Part shown: one piece after another, positions 44,681 to 53,558 of the stretch
Layout: each line of letters begins with the position of its first letter
How positions within the stretch are numbered: the stretch's first letter is position 1
NCBI GenBank assembly: GCA_902587025.1
Contig: CACIJJ010000004.1
Span: 4,510-68,509 of the forward strand
Length of the DNA: 64,000 bases
Source: an uncultured Candidatus Actinomarina sp.
GTDB taxonomy: Bacteria; Actinomycetota; Acidimicrobiia; Actinomarinales; Actinomarinaceae
Direction of reading: 5' to 3'
Notes under the pieces: model-generated
The model's database searches: none
What the model saw: only the letters and a program-made list of their open reading frames with translations
Told to the model about the DNA's origin: nothing
Made by a program: the position numbers and the translations under genes

Positions 44681-47635
44681 ATGGCACAAATTCATGAACT
44701 TGAATCAAAATCAAGATTTGGCACTAGGTATATAGTCGGAATAATTTTAGCAATTTCAACTCTTCTAGTCGCTGGTTGGATTGGATTTTTTGTGTTTCTT
44801 CCAATTAAATCTGGAATGAGTACGATATATGAACTTGAAGATAGATTTCTTCCAAGAGCAGAAGGAATGGTATTAGATTTTGTATCTTTATCAGAGCCAT
44901 CAATAATTATTACAAGTGACGATGTAATTCTTGATGAGTTACATGATGGATTAAATCGAGATCCAATTAAATTATCTGATGTTCCTCCATTTGTTATTAA
45001 CACTTTGCTAGCAGCGGAAGATAGTAATTATTATCAACATGAAGGTGTAGATTTTATTGCAATTTTAAGCGCTGTTCTTGATAACTTAAGAGGTGTAACC
45101 AGAGGTGGATCTACAATAACATCACAAGTAGCTAAACAATCATTTGTTGGAGATGAAATATCAATAAGGAGAAAAGTAGCAGAAGCAGTAGTTGCAGCTG
45201 AGCTTGAAAGAAGGTATACAAAAGATCAAATATTAGAGTATTACATTAACTCTATATATTGGGGATCGGGTGCATATGGACTTCAATCTGCAGCATTAGA
45301 ATATTTCAATAAAGAGGTATCTGAACTTACGTTAGATCAAGCTGCAACCTTGGTTGTAATTATCAGAAGTCCCGCATATTACAATCCGAGAAAATATCCT
45401 GACAGAGTTCTTGAGAGAAGAAATGATGTATTAGATATTATGTTAAAAGAAGGGTTCATTGTTGACGTCCAGCATAGGTCAGCAAGGTTGGCCCCTTTGG
45501 TTATATCAGAACCAAATAATATCGAAAACAATGCAGAGCACGTATCAGCTGAAGTTAAAAGACAATTACTAAATGAACCTCAGTTTGCATTTTTAGGAGA
45601 TACCAAAGAAGATAGAAAGAAAAAACTTTTTGGTTGCCCGTCTGACGATACAAGTTGTACTGGTGGAGGTGGATTAAAAATTTATATAACTGTGAACCTC
45701 GCATTGCAAGAACATGCAAATTCAATTCTTAACAAATGGGTTCCATCTTCAATTGATGAGGATTCAGAAGAGGAAGATGAACCAAAACCGACAGGGGTAA
45801 TAACACTGTTAAATAACTTTACAGGTGCAATTGAGGTAATGGCGTCAGGAATTCCTTTTGATGAAGAGCAATATAATTTAGCTACTCAAGGTAAAAGAAA
45901 TCCAGGTTCTGCATTTAAACCAATTACACTACTTGCAGCATTAGAAACAGGCTCTCAATTGTACAGTCATCGAGACTCCAGATCTCCTACTGAAATTGAT
46001 TGCGGATATCCATGTGCTCCAGATGGAGTTGGAACTAATTGGGTTGTAAGAAACTATGGAACATCCATCACTGCTGACAGATACATAAATAAAATTGCTG
46101 CCCAAGACCGTGCGATTGAACTTCAATGCATTGGAACCCACATAGATGAAATTAAAAATAAAGACTTTATAGAGCAGTTTCCTTTAGCTGAAGGCCTTGA
46201 TGATATTGAAGAAGATAGTGATAAATTATTAGAGATAGGAAAGGCACTAAACCAATTTGATGAAGAAGGTGTTCCAATAATTTATAGTGAAAATGAAAAT
46301 ATTGAGAAAGAAGAGAATCAAACTGTAGTTTCAGATGAAATACTTATTGATGAGCAAAGTAACTTAATACAAATTAATCTTGAAGCTGAGAAGCAATATA
46401 TTTTCAAACCATGTCAGGACAAATCGGAGTACAACAGATCTATAAAACTACTTGATACATCTGGAATGGTATCACTTGAGGAAGCTACTAGAAGATCAAT
46501 TAATACAGTTTTTGCTCAGTTGGCATCAGAAATTGGAGGGGAAAAACTCGCCAGTACGGCAAAAAGAATTGGTATTGATTCAGAACTTGAACCAGTAATT
46601 TCTTTAACTCTTGGTGCTGGAGCTGTTACACCCATTGAATTAGCGTCTGCATATTCATCCTTTGCTACAAATGGAAAATTAGCACCTCCATATTTAATAG
46701 ATAAAATTGAAGACTCAAATGGACAACTACTATATAAACATATTGTCTCTACTAGAACAAGTATTCCAGATCCAGCAGCAGCTGCTGCAGTCAGAAAAAC
46801 ACTTGAGGTTGCAGCTCAAATTGGAACAGGTACAAGGGCAGTTTTAGACGATAGACCAATCGCCGGTAAAACAGGTACCCACCAAGGATTCAGAGAAGCA
46901 TGGTTCATAGGATTCATTCCTCAATATACTTCCTCAGTTTGGATTGGTTTTGCTGAGGAACAATTACCACTTACTGATGTAGAGATTAATGGTGAGCTCA
47001 TTAAAAATGTTTCGGGAGGTAGAGTTCCCGCGCCAATTTGGAAAGAATTTATGGAAGAAGTCGTTCAGGGTTTACCTATTCAAGAATGGCCTGAAGATCC
47101 TATTGATATAGATAGATATTATGAAATTCCTAAAATAGAAATTCCAGAATTAGTTGGATTAAACGTTCTTGATGCAGAAGAAATTGCTTTCTCTGGGTAT
47201 ATACTTCCAACAATAAACCTCGTTGACTCAGAAGAAGCACCTGGATTAGTCCTAAAACAAAATGTTAAAAATTGTAATCGTGAAGAAGAATCCAATGATT
47301 CAGATGAAAATGATAATAACTCTGAAGAGGAAGACGACTGTATTGGAGTTGAAATGCCTGAGGGTACAGAAGTCATTCTTGAAGTATCAGGTAAAAAATT
47401 TACTGGAAATCTTCCAAATTTACCACCTTGTGAATACACAATCGATGAGGCAGAAAGTTTAGTTAAGGAATTTATGAGAGAGACAAATGTAATACTTTTC
47501 CTTAAAAATACATTTGAAGAAACCGACTTAATAAATTGTGAAGGAAAAGTCATTGGAACTAATGTTGCTCAAGGTGGTGCGGTATCTACTGGCGACACAC
47601 TTTCATTTATTATTGGAAGTAAAAACGAAGACTAA
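44681..47635 (+). CDS. class A penicillin-binding protein (GT51 transglycosylase plus transpeptidase) with two C-terminal PASTA-like domains
   Basis: 984 aa. It has the GT51 motifs EDSNYYQHEGVD and RKVAEA, and the transpeptidase motifs SAFK, SIN and KTGT. PASTA-like segments follow (IPELVGLNVLDAEEIA...). A large acidic insertion separates SxxK from SxN. Confidence 0.85.
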   Translation: MAQIHELESKSRFGTRYIVGIILAISTLLVAGWIGFFVFLPIKSGMSTIYELEDRFLPRAEGMVLDFVSLSEPSIIITSDDVILDELHDGLNRDPIKLSDVPPFVINTLLAAEDSNYYQHEGVDFIAILSAVLDNLRGVTRGGSTITSQVAKQSFVGDEISIRRKVAEAVVAAELERRYTKDQILEYYINSIYWGSGAYGLQSAALEYFNKEVSELTLDQAATLVVIIRSPAYYNPRKYPDRVLERRNDVLDIMLKEGFIVDVQHRSARLAPLVISEPNNIENNAEHVSAEVKRQLLNEPQFAFLGDTKEDRKKKLFGCPSDDTSCTGGGGLKIYITVNLALQEHANSILNKWVPSSIDEDSEEEDEPKPTGVITLLNNFTGAIEVMASGIPFDEEQYNLATQGKRNPGSAFKPITLLAALETGSQLYSHRDSRSPTEIDCGYPCAPDGVGTNWVVRNYGTSITADRYINKIAAQDRAIELQCIGTHIDEIKNKDFIEQFPLAEGLDDIEEDSDKLLEIGKALNQFDEEGVPIIYSENENIEKEENQTVVSDEILIDEQSNLIQINLEAEKQYIFKPCQDKSEYNRSIKLLDTSGMVSLEEATRRSINTVFAQLASEIGGEKLASTAKRIGIDSELEPVISLTLGAGAVTPIELASAYSSFATNGKLAPPYLIDKIEDSNGQLLYKHIVSTRTSIPDPAAAAAVRKTLEVAAQIGTGTRAVLDDRPIAGKTGTHQGFREAWFIGFIPQYTSSVWIGFAEEQLPLTDVEINGELIKNVSGGRVPAPIWKEFMEEVVQGLPIQEWPEDPIDIDRYYEIPKIEIPELVGLNVLDAEEIAFSGYILPTINLVDSEEAPGLVLKQNVKNCNREEESNDSDENDNNSEEEDDCIGVEMPEGTEVILEVSGKKFTGNLPNLPPCEYTIDEAESLVKEFMRETNVILFLKNTFEETDLINCEGKVIGTNVAQGGAVSTGDTLSFIIGSKNED

Positions 47636-48972
47636 TCTAAATTTTTAAAAAATTCATAAAGTGATAAAACTCCAAATCCAGTTGCACCCTTTCTATTATC
47701 TGAGCGTGCCGGACCGGCTATGTCCAAATGTATCCAGTCATTTTCACCAATAAACTCTTTTAAAAGAAGTGCGGCAGTTATTGCTCCACCAAATCTCCCA
47801 CCAGTATTTTTCATATCAGCTAAATCTGAATCAATTAGATTTCTGTAACCATCGAATAATGGAAGAGGGTGAAAATTTTCATTTGTATTTTTGGCAGATT
47901 CAATGAATTTTTTTTCTAAATCACTGTTGTTTGAGAATATAGCACCAATATCAAGGCCTAATGCTACGTATGAAGCTCCTGTTAAAGTAGCGATATCACA
48001 GATTAAATCTGGATCAGTCTCTGCAGCAAATGCCAAAGCATCAGACATAATTAATCTTCCTTCTGCATCAGTATTCATGACTTCAATTGTTTTACCATTT
48101 CTTGTTTTAAGTACATCACCGGGTCTGATCGCGGACCCACTAACCATGTTTTCTACAATCGGAGTGTAAACTGTTAAACCTATGTCCTGATTTGTTCTTG
48201 CAATGATATTGATTACACCCCAGGCACTAGCTGCTCCTGACATATCCGTTTTCATTGTTTCCATACCAGTAGGACTCTTTAATGAGTATCCACCTGTATC
48301 AAAAAGCACTCCTTTTCCAATCAAAGATACTTGATATTTTGCTTTTGAATTGTATTTGCCAACCAAAAAATATGGGGGCCTATCGGAGCCTTTCCCAACA
48401 CCCAAAACACCACCAAAGTCATTTTCCTCAAGCCACTTTTGATCATAAACTTCAACTTCTATTCGTGAAGAGTCAACTAGTTCTTTTACCTTGTTAATAA
48501 ATTGCTCTGGTGACTTATCCAAAGCAGGTGTATTTATTAAATCTCTTACCCAAAATACTGAGTTCTTTTTTATTTCATTTTCTGAGGAATCTAGATCTTG
48601 AAATGTAATATTGTTTACAGAAGAATCATCATCAGATTTATAGTTATTGAATTTATATTGAACATATAAGATTCCATCAATAATTAAATTTGTATCTTCC
48701 ACAACGTTCAAAAATTTAATTTCTGCATCGGAACTAATTTTTGATCCAATTAAGGTCCCCAGATCATAAAAATTAATATCATCTTTATTTTCACCAAGGC
48801 CAACGATTAATGTTAAATTCTCACTCTTTGAATATGATGGTGGAACTGAAAGAATCTGATTCTTTTTACCTTCAAAAGAATGGGTTTCGCAATATTCTTG
48901 AAACAAATCATTATCGAAGTATTCATCATGACCGTTCATTTCATCATTCAGAAATAATATATCAATTTTCAT
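47632..48972 (-). CDS. pepA: leucyl aminopeptidase (M17)
   Basis: 446 aa with the M17 signature NTDAEGRL and GKGVLFDTGG. Confidence 0.9.
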   Translation of the reverse strand: MKIDILFLNDEMNGHDEYFDNDLFQEYCETHSFEGKKNQILSVPPSYSKSENLTLIVGLGENKDDINFYDLGTLIGSKISSDAEIKFLNVVEDTNLIIDGILYVQYKFNNYKSDDDSSVNNITFQDLDSSENEIKKNSVFWVRDLINTPALDKSPEQFINKVKELVDSSRIEVEVYDQKWLEENDFGGVLGVGKGSDRPPYFLVGKYNSKAKYQVSLIGKGVLFDTGGYSLKSPTGMETMKTDMSGAASAWGVINIIARTNQDIGLTVYTPIVENMVSGSAIRPGDVLKTRNGKTIEVMNTDAEGRLIMSDALAFAAETDPDLICDIATLTGASYVALGLDIGAIFSNNSDLEKKFIESAKNTNENFHPLPLFDGYRNLIDSDLADMKNTGGRFGGAITAALLLKEFIGENDWIHLDIAGPARSDNRKGATGFGVLSLYEFFKNLD

Positions 48973-49520
48973 TTACTTGGTGTCCAATCATTCTCAAACT
49001 CTCTTGCTAGCATCCATAAAAGATCGGATAGTCGATTTAAATATATCACTACTTCGGAATCGGTTATTTCAAGATGTTTTTGCCATCTTACACATTTTCT
49101 TTCAGCTCTTCTTGAAACTACCCTAGCCCAATCAAATTTTGCGGAAATATTATTTTCACCAGGAACTACAAAAAATTCAGGAATTCCATTTTTTTCTTCA
49201 AGAAAATCGATATCTTTTTCAAGTTGTAAAATCATTTTTTCTTCAACTAAAGTTTTGTTAGGTTCAAGTTTTTTTCTATTTTCTTTTGTTGTCGCTAATT
49301 CAGCTCCAACAATAAACAATTCTCTCTGAATCCTTAGAACATTTTCTTGGACTTCAATTGGTAAGTCTTTATCTGCTCGTATTAAGCCCAGTGCAGCAAC
49401 AAGTTCATCGACAGATCCATATGCATCGGGAGCTAAATCATCCTTTGAAACTGCATCACCAAAAAGCATGCGGGTTTCACCTTTATCTCCTTTTTTTGTA
49501 TATATCTTCATTACTATCAA
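48969..49520 (-). CDS. PduO-type ATP:cob(I)alamin adenosyltransferase
   Basis: 183 aa. The N-terminus reads IYTKKGDKGET, and the rest is a PduO-type helical bundle. Confidence 0.85.
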   Translation of the reverse strand: MIVMKIYTKKGDKGETRMLFGDAVSKDDLAPDAYGSVDELVAALGLIRADKDLPIEVQENVLRIQRELFIVGAELATTKENRKKLEPNKTLVEEKMILQLEKDIDFLEEKNGIPEFFVVPGENNISAKFDWARVVSRRAERKCVRWQKHLEITDSEVVIYLNRLSDLLWMLAREFENDWTPSK

Positions 49521-49527
49521 TATAGTC

Positions 49528-50181
49528 CTAGGACAAAAGTAAAAGACCTCCAGAAGCTCCTAGTGAAACAATTAATGACAAATAACTCAATCCTGTAGAA
49601 GCCATAACTCCTGTATATGATTTTTCACCCAACGATTTATAGGAAGCAAACGACAAAATTGATGTAGAAAGAAAAAGTATCAAGATTACATTTTTGAATA
49701 TATTCTCAATATCTTGACCAATAAATTCAAAAAAGACAAGTGGTATAAGAATTAAAGATTGAAAAGTACTGGTAATAGCTATTTTTTTCATACCTTCTTT
49801 TGATATTGTTGGGTCTACCAAAAACCAATGACCAATCATCATAGATGAAAAAACACCACTTACTAAGGATATTGGAAACAAATAATTTAGGAAAAAATCG
49901 AAAATGTTTAAATTTAATATATTGAAAATCTCAAAGTTAAGCAAGGTAAAACTTGAACCATAAAAATAGGGATATATTTTTTTATTTTTTATAAGCAAAG
50001 TTGCGATCAACAAGAGAGTGCCAAGTACAGTTAAAAGGCTAAAATTTAGCAAGATAATAGTAGAAATAATCGAAATAAATAATATACTGAATCCTTTTCT
50101 TGGCTTAATTCTGAAGTTTGAATATGAAAGATAGGGAATACAAAATGTTAGTAAAACATAAACAAATAGGTTCAATTCCAT
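49528..50181 (-). CDS. hypothetical integral membrane protein
   Basis: 217 aa with about six hydrophobic helices. I did not recognise a family. Confidence 0.45.
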   Translation of the reverse strand: MELNLFVYVLLTFCIPYLSYSNFRIKPRKGFSILFISIISTIILLNFSLLTVLGTLLLIATLLIKNKKIYPYFYGSSFTLLNFEIFNILNLNIFDFFLNYLFPISLVSGVFSSMMIGHWFLVDPTISKEGMKKIAITSTFQSLILIPLVFFEFIGQDIENIFKNVILILFLSTSILSFASYKSLGEKSYTGVMASTGLSYLSLIVSLGASGGLLLLS

Positions 50182-50203
50182 ATATCTTTTACAATAACAA
50201 TAT

Positions 50204-50548
50204 ATGTTAAAGAATATAAATCAGCTTAGGATTTTAAAAGCGGTAGTCATATCATTTATATTCATTTACATTACAAATAATGTTTTTAATTTGAATGAAT
50301 TTACTCTAGGTATAAATTTTTTCATATCCTTGGGTATTTATTCAATTCTTAGCTACGTAGCCCTTATTGGTTATAACTTAAATAAGCTGGTTGGTTTAAT
50401 ATTGTTTTTTTCAATTACATTTCTTTCACCAAATATGTACCCTGAACTAGAGGGACAACTTTTTCCAGTTACATATGTTATTTTTGCTTTATTTTTAACA
50501 TATCACTTTGGTGTTGAAATGTATAAAAAGTGGAAAACGACTATCTAA
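50204..50548 (+). CDS. hypothetical integral membrane protein
   Basis: 114 aa with 3-4 hydrophobic helices. It is divergent from the previous gene. Confidence 0.4.
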   Translation: MLKNINQLRILKAVVISFIFIYITNNVFNLNEFTLGINFFISLGIYSILSYVALIGYNLNKLVGLILFFSITFLSPNMYPELEGQLFPVTYVIFALFLTYHFGVEMYKKWKTTI

Positions 50549-50585
50549 ATTAAATAAATTAGAAAGGGTAGGTTAGAATAGAATA

Positions 50586-53558
50586 ATGTTACGGGGCGTT
50601 TTCAAATTTACATCATACTTTCTCTTTGCTGCAGTTTTTGTGATATCCATAGGACAGACAGAAGCACTTTCTAATACCCATTCTCATTCAATTGTCAGAC
50701 ATGATGTAAATATAGGTTGTGCAGACAATGCTGTTGCACCATTGAATTCAATAAAAGATATCCAAACATTTTTAAACTGTAACGGTTTTAGTCCAGGTCC
50801 GATAGATGGTGTATCTGGTGGAAGAACTACCGGGGCTATAAAAAGTTTTCAAGCTAGCGTAGGACTAACTGCTGATGGCGTTGTTGGTCCGGCAACAAAG
50901 CAGGCAATGAGAAGTTATAGTTCAACTACTTTTACTTTTACTGGGAGTGGATGGGGGCATGGTGTTGGCTTAAGCCAGTATGGAACAAAAGGCTTAACAG
51001 AGCTTGGTGCACAATTTTGTAGTAACACAAGTTCTTGTACTTCTGACGAGGTTGTTAAATATTATTTTCAAGGTACAAATGTAAGAAATTTAGGAGATAT
51101 TTCTCTGTCTTCACCAGATATAGCATCAAATAACAATGCTTTATGGGTGGGTCTAGCTAGGAACGCAAAAAGTATAACATTAACAACTTTGCCTTCGTCG
51201 AGTCCACCATCTCTTAGTATCTGTCAAGATGGATTGTCAAATACTGCTGGAGTGCAATTATTTCTCACTTCAAGAGGATTTGAGCCAGGTCCTATTGATG
51301 GTGCCTATGGTGATAAAACGGCAGATGCAATAAGAAATTATCAAGCATCTGTAGGATTAGGTCAAACAGGATCTATAAATGATGAGCTAATCAATAAAAT
51401 AAAATCTGATTCAACATCTGATGGCCCATGCGAATCTGCTTGGGGTCCTTTGAAAATTGGTGGTGGTGCAACTATCAGTGTAATAAACAGTGGAAGTGAA
51501 TGTTACATGACAGGCCATCCACTTGTTCCAAAAATAAGAGCGAGTTGCAATATGAGCATTAAATGGTCTGATGGTGGCAGAATTAGAGTTGGACCCAGAG
51601 AACATAAGCACGGAATTTTAAAATTGAGATCAAAAAATGTATCATCTGGTTTTCATGTTGTTTTGGCAGTAAACATAGAAAAATATTTATATGGCCTAGC
51701 TGAAATGCCCTCTCATTGGAATGTTAAAGCGCTTGAAGCCCAGGCTCTTGTTGGGAGAAGTTATGCAGTTTTCCATTATTTAGATGAGAATATACCATCT
51801 TCGTCAACAAATCTAGATGCTGGCTTAAGTGAAAAACAAAAGGCTTATTGTTGGTGTCATATAGGATCTACGGCTTCTAGCCAGTATTATTATGGTTATC
51901 TTAAAGAAATTTCCGGACCAAATTGGGTACAAGCTGTAAACAATACCTCTGGAAAAGTAATTACTTATGACGGTTCATATACTCGTAGCTCAGTAATTCA
52001 AGCATTTTATTCTTCATCAACTGGTGGTAAGACGAACACAAATGTTGTTGGATTTGGATCTGCTACACCGTGGCCTTACCTTAAAACCGTTGATGATCCA
52101 TGGTCAATAGATAATAGAGTTGGTAATTCTAAAGCTGCGTGGTCCTTTGACTTCAATACCTATCAACTATCTAAAAATATATTATGTGGTGATACTCCTT
52201 GTTTTGATGCAATTACTGACATTTATGTTTCATCAGTTGCAGAGTCTGGTGCTGCTTTAGAAGTGACAATGAAAGGTTTCAAAAATGGATCAGCAAAGTC
52301 AGTAATAAAATCTGGAAGAAATATTAAATCACAGTTAGGATTTCGATCTCATTACTTTAAAACTTCAAGTACGTCTGACGTTTCAAACCTTGCAGTAGGT
52401 CCAGTTCAAGCTAATACTTCTTCAAGCGCTAACGGTGCATCAGAGAGTTTGTCAGCAGGAGAAACAGCTCAATATGCAACTTCTAGCGCAGGACTTTCTT
52501 ATCTTGCAAAAGCAGGTTTAATAAATAAGTGTGATGGTAATTCATCTGGTTGTCAGGCAAAAACATTGACTAGAGAAGAAGCTGCAGCGATTATCACTGT
52601 AGTTGGAGGTATTCCACAAGATTCACCAAATGCTTATAGTGATGACGATACAAGTATTTACCAATCTGCAATTAATGGATTGCCATACTATGGAATGCAG
52701 GTATGTTTTGGAAGTCCATTCGAAATTTTACCCAAAGAAACAGTCGCTAGAGATGAGTTTGCATGTCTATTAGTTAGATCAATTAAAGCTGGAACAACAA
52801 CAAATCTTTCTGGATCAGTTGATAAATATTCAGATGAAGGTGCAAGTAAGTGGACAAATGAGATAAACACCCTTGCAGCTAACGATGTGATTCCAGCATG
52901 CAGTTCAATAAGTGATAAATTTTGCCCGAGTAGAAAAATTTCAATAGGAGAAGTCTCATACATTATTGATAAGCTTGTAGGTAAATCATTAATTTCAAGT
53001 AATTTATTTGATTCATCACCTTTTAATAACTCTTGGGAACCATCTGGTGGTGAGGTTGAAAATGTAGCTGAAACGGCTGTTTCAAATCCCAACGCGGGGA
53101 ATGATGCTTGTGTGCCAAAAGATAATTCTGGAATCATAATTAATTCAGTATTAGATGTTCAACAATTTCTTGCTAATAACGGATATAACCCTGGGCCTGT
53201 AGATGGCCAATCTGGACCAAAAACTAAAGCTGCTATCAAGGCATTTCAGCAAAAAGCGGGTCTGTATGCAGATGGCATTGTTGGTAATAAAACTAAAGCA
53301 GCAATGAAAGCTTACACCGGTTGTGAGTCTGGAAACGTTTGTAAAGCAAGGGATAATAGTGGAGCAAAACTTGATAGCGTTGCAGGGGTACAAACATTTT
53401 TAGCAAATAATGGATTTAATCCTGGAATTATTGATGGTGAAATGGGTTCATACACCAGAGAGGCTATAAAAGCATTTCAAAGAAAAGTTGGTTTGATCCC
53501 TGATGGAGTTGCGGGAACAAGAACTAAAGCAGCAATGAAATCTTATACAGGTTGTTAA
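50586..53558 (+). CDS. secreted SpoIID/LytB-domain cell-wall protein with four PG_binding_1 domains and three SLH-like repeats
   Basis: 990 aa with a signal peptide. SpoIID motifs are present (GSGWGHGVGLSQYG, YLYGLAEMP..W...ALEAQALVGRSYA, FYSSSTGGKT). The PG_binding_1 pattern (FL..NGF.PGP.DG..G..T..AI..FQ...GL..DG..G..T) occurs at about aa 55-110, about 215-270 and twice at the C-terminus. SLH-like segments are also present (..LTREEAAAII.., ..VARDEFACLLVR.., ..ISIGEVSYIIDKL). Confidence 0.75.
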   Translation: MLRGVFKFTSYFLFAAVFVISIGQTEALSNTHSHSIVRHDVNIGCADNAVAPLNSIKDIQTFLNCNGFSPGPIDGVSGGRTTGAIKSFQASVGLTADGVVGPATKQAMRSYSSTTFTFTGSGWGHGVGLSQYGTKGLTELGAQFCSNTSSCTSDEVVKYYFQGTNVRNLGDISLSSPDIASNNNALWVGLARNAKSITLTTLPSSSPPSLSICQDGLSNTAGVQLFLTSRGFEPGPIDGAYGDKTADAIRNYQASVGLGQTGSINDELINKIKSDSTSDGPCESAWGPLKIGGGATISVINSGSECYMTGHPLVPKIRASCNMSIKWSDGGRIRVGPREHKHGILKLRSKNVSSGFHVVLAVNIEKYLYGLAEMPSHWNVKALEAQALVGRSYAVFHYLDENIPSSSTNLDAGLSEKQKAYCWCHIGSTASSQYYYGYLKEISGPNWVQAVNNTSGKVITYDGSYTRSSVIQAFYSSSTGGKTNTNVVGFGSATPWPYLKTVDDPWSIDNRVGNSKAAWSFDFNTYQLSKNILCGDTPCFDAITDIYVSSVAESGAALEVTMKGFKNGSAKSVIKSGRNIKSQLGFRSHYFKTSSTSDVSNLAVGPVQANTSSSANGASESLSAGETAQYATSSAGLSYLAKAGLINKCDGNSSGCQAKTLTREEAAAIITVVGGIPQDSPNAYSDDDTSIYQSAINGLPYYGMQVCFGSPFEILPKETVARDEFACLLVRSIKAGTTTNLSGSVDKYSDEGASKWTNEINTLAANDVIPACSSISDKFCPSRKISIGEVSYIIDKLVGKSLISSNLFDSSPFNNSWEPSGGEVENVAETAVSNPNAGNDACVPKDNSGIIINSVLDVQQFLANNGYNPGPVDGQSGPKTKAAIKAFQQKAGLYADGIVGNKTKAAMKAYTGCESGNVCKARDNSGAKLDSVAGVQTFLANNGFNPGIIDGEMGSYTREAIKAFQRKVGLIPDGVAGTRTKAAMKSYTGC
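53106..53555 (+). repeat. tandem duplication of a roughly 70-aa Cys-flanked PG_binding_1 module within the CDS
   Basis: Unit 1 is 53106..53324 and unit 2 is 53337..53555. Both run C-x-x-x-DNSG ... FLANNG(Y/F)NPG ... AIKAFQ(Q/R)K.GL..DG..G..TKAAMK.YTGC. They share an identical 18-nt run, actaaagcagcaatgaaa. Confidence 0.7.

Noticed and set aside
50900-51800. Circular permutation of the SpoIID domain, with the GHGVGLSQYG block ahead of the YL.G..EMP block.
   Set aside because: I kept it only as a side remark. I am comparing with B. subtilis SpoIID from memory. This order may be the normal arrangement in actinobacterial SpoIID/LytB homologues, and settling it needs an alignment.
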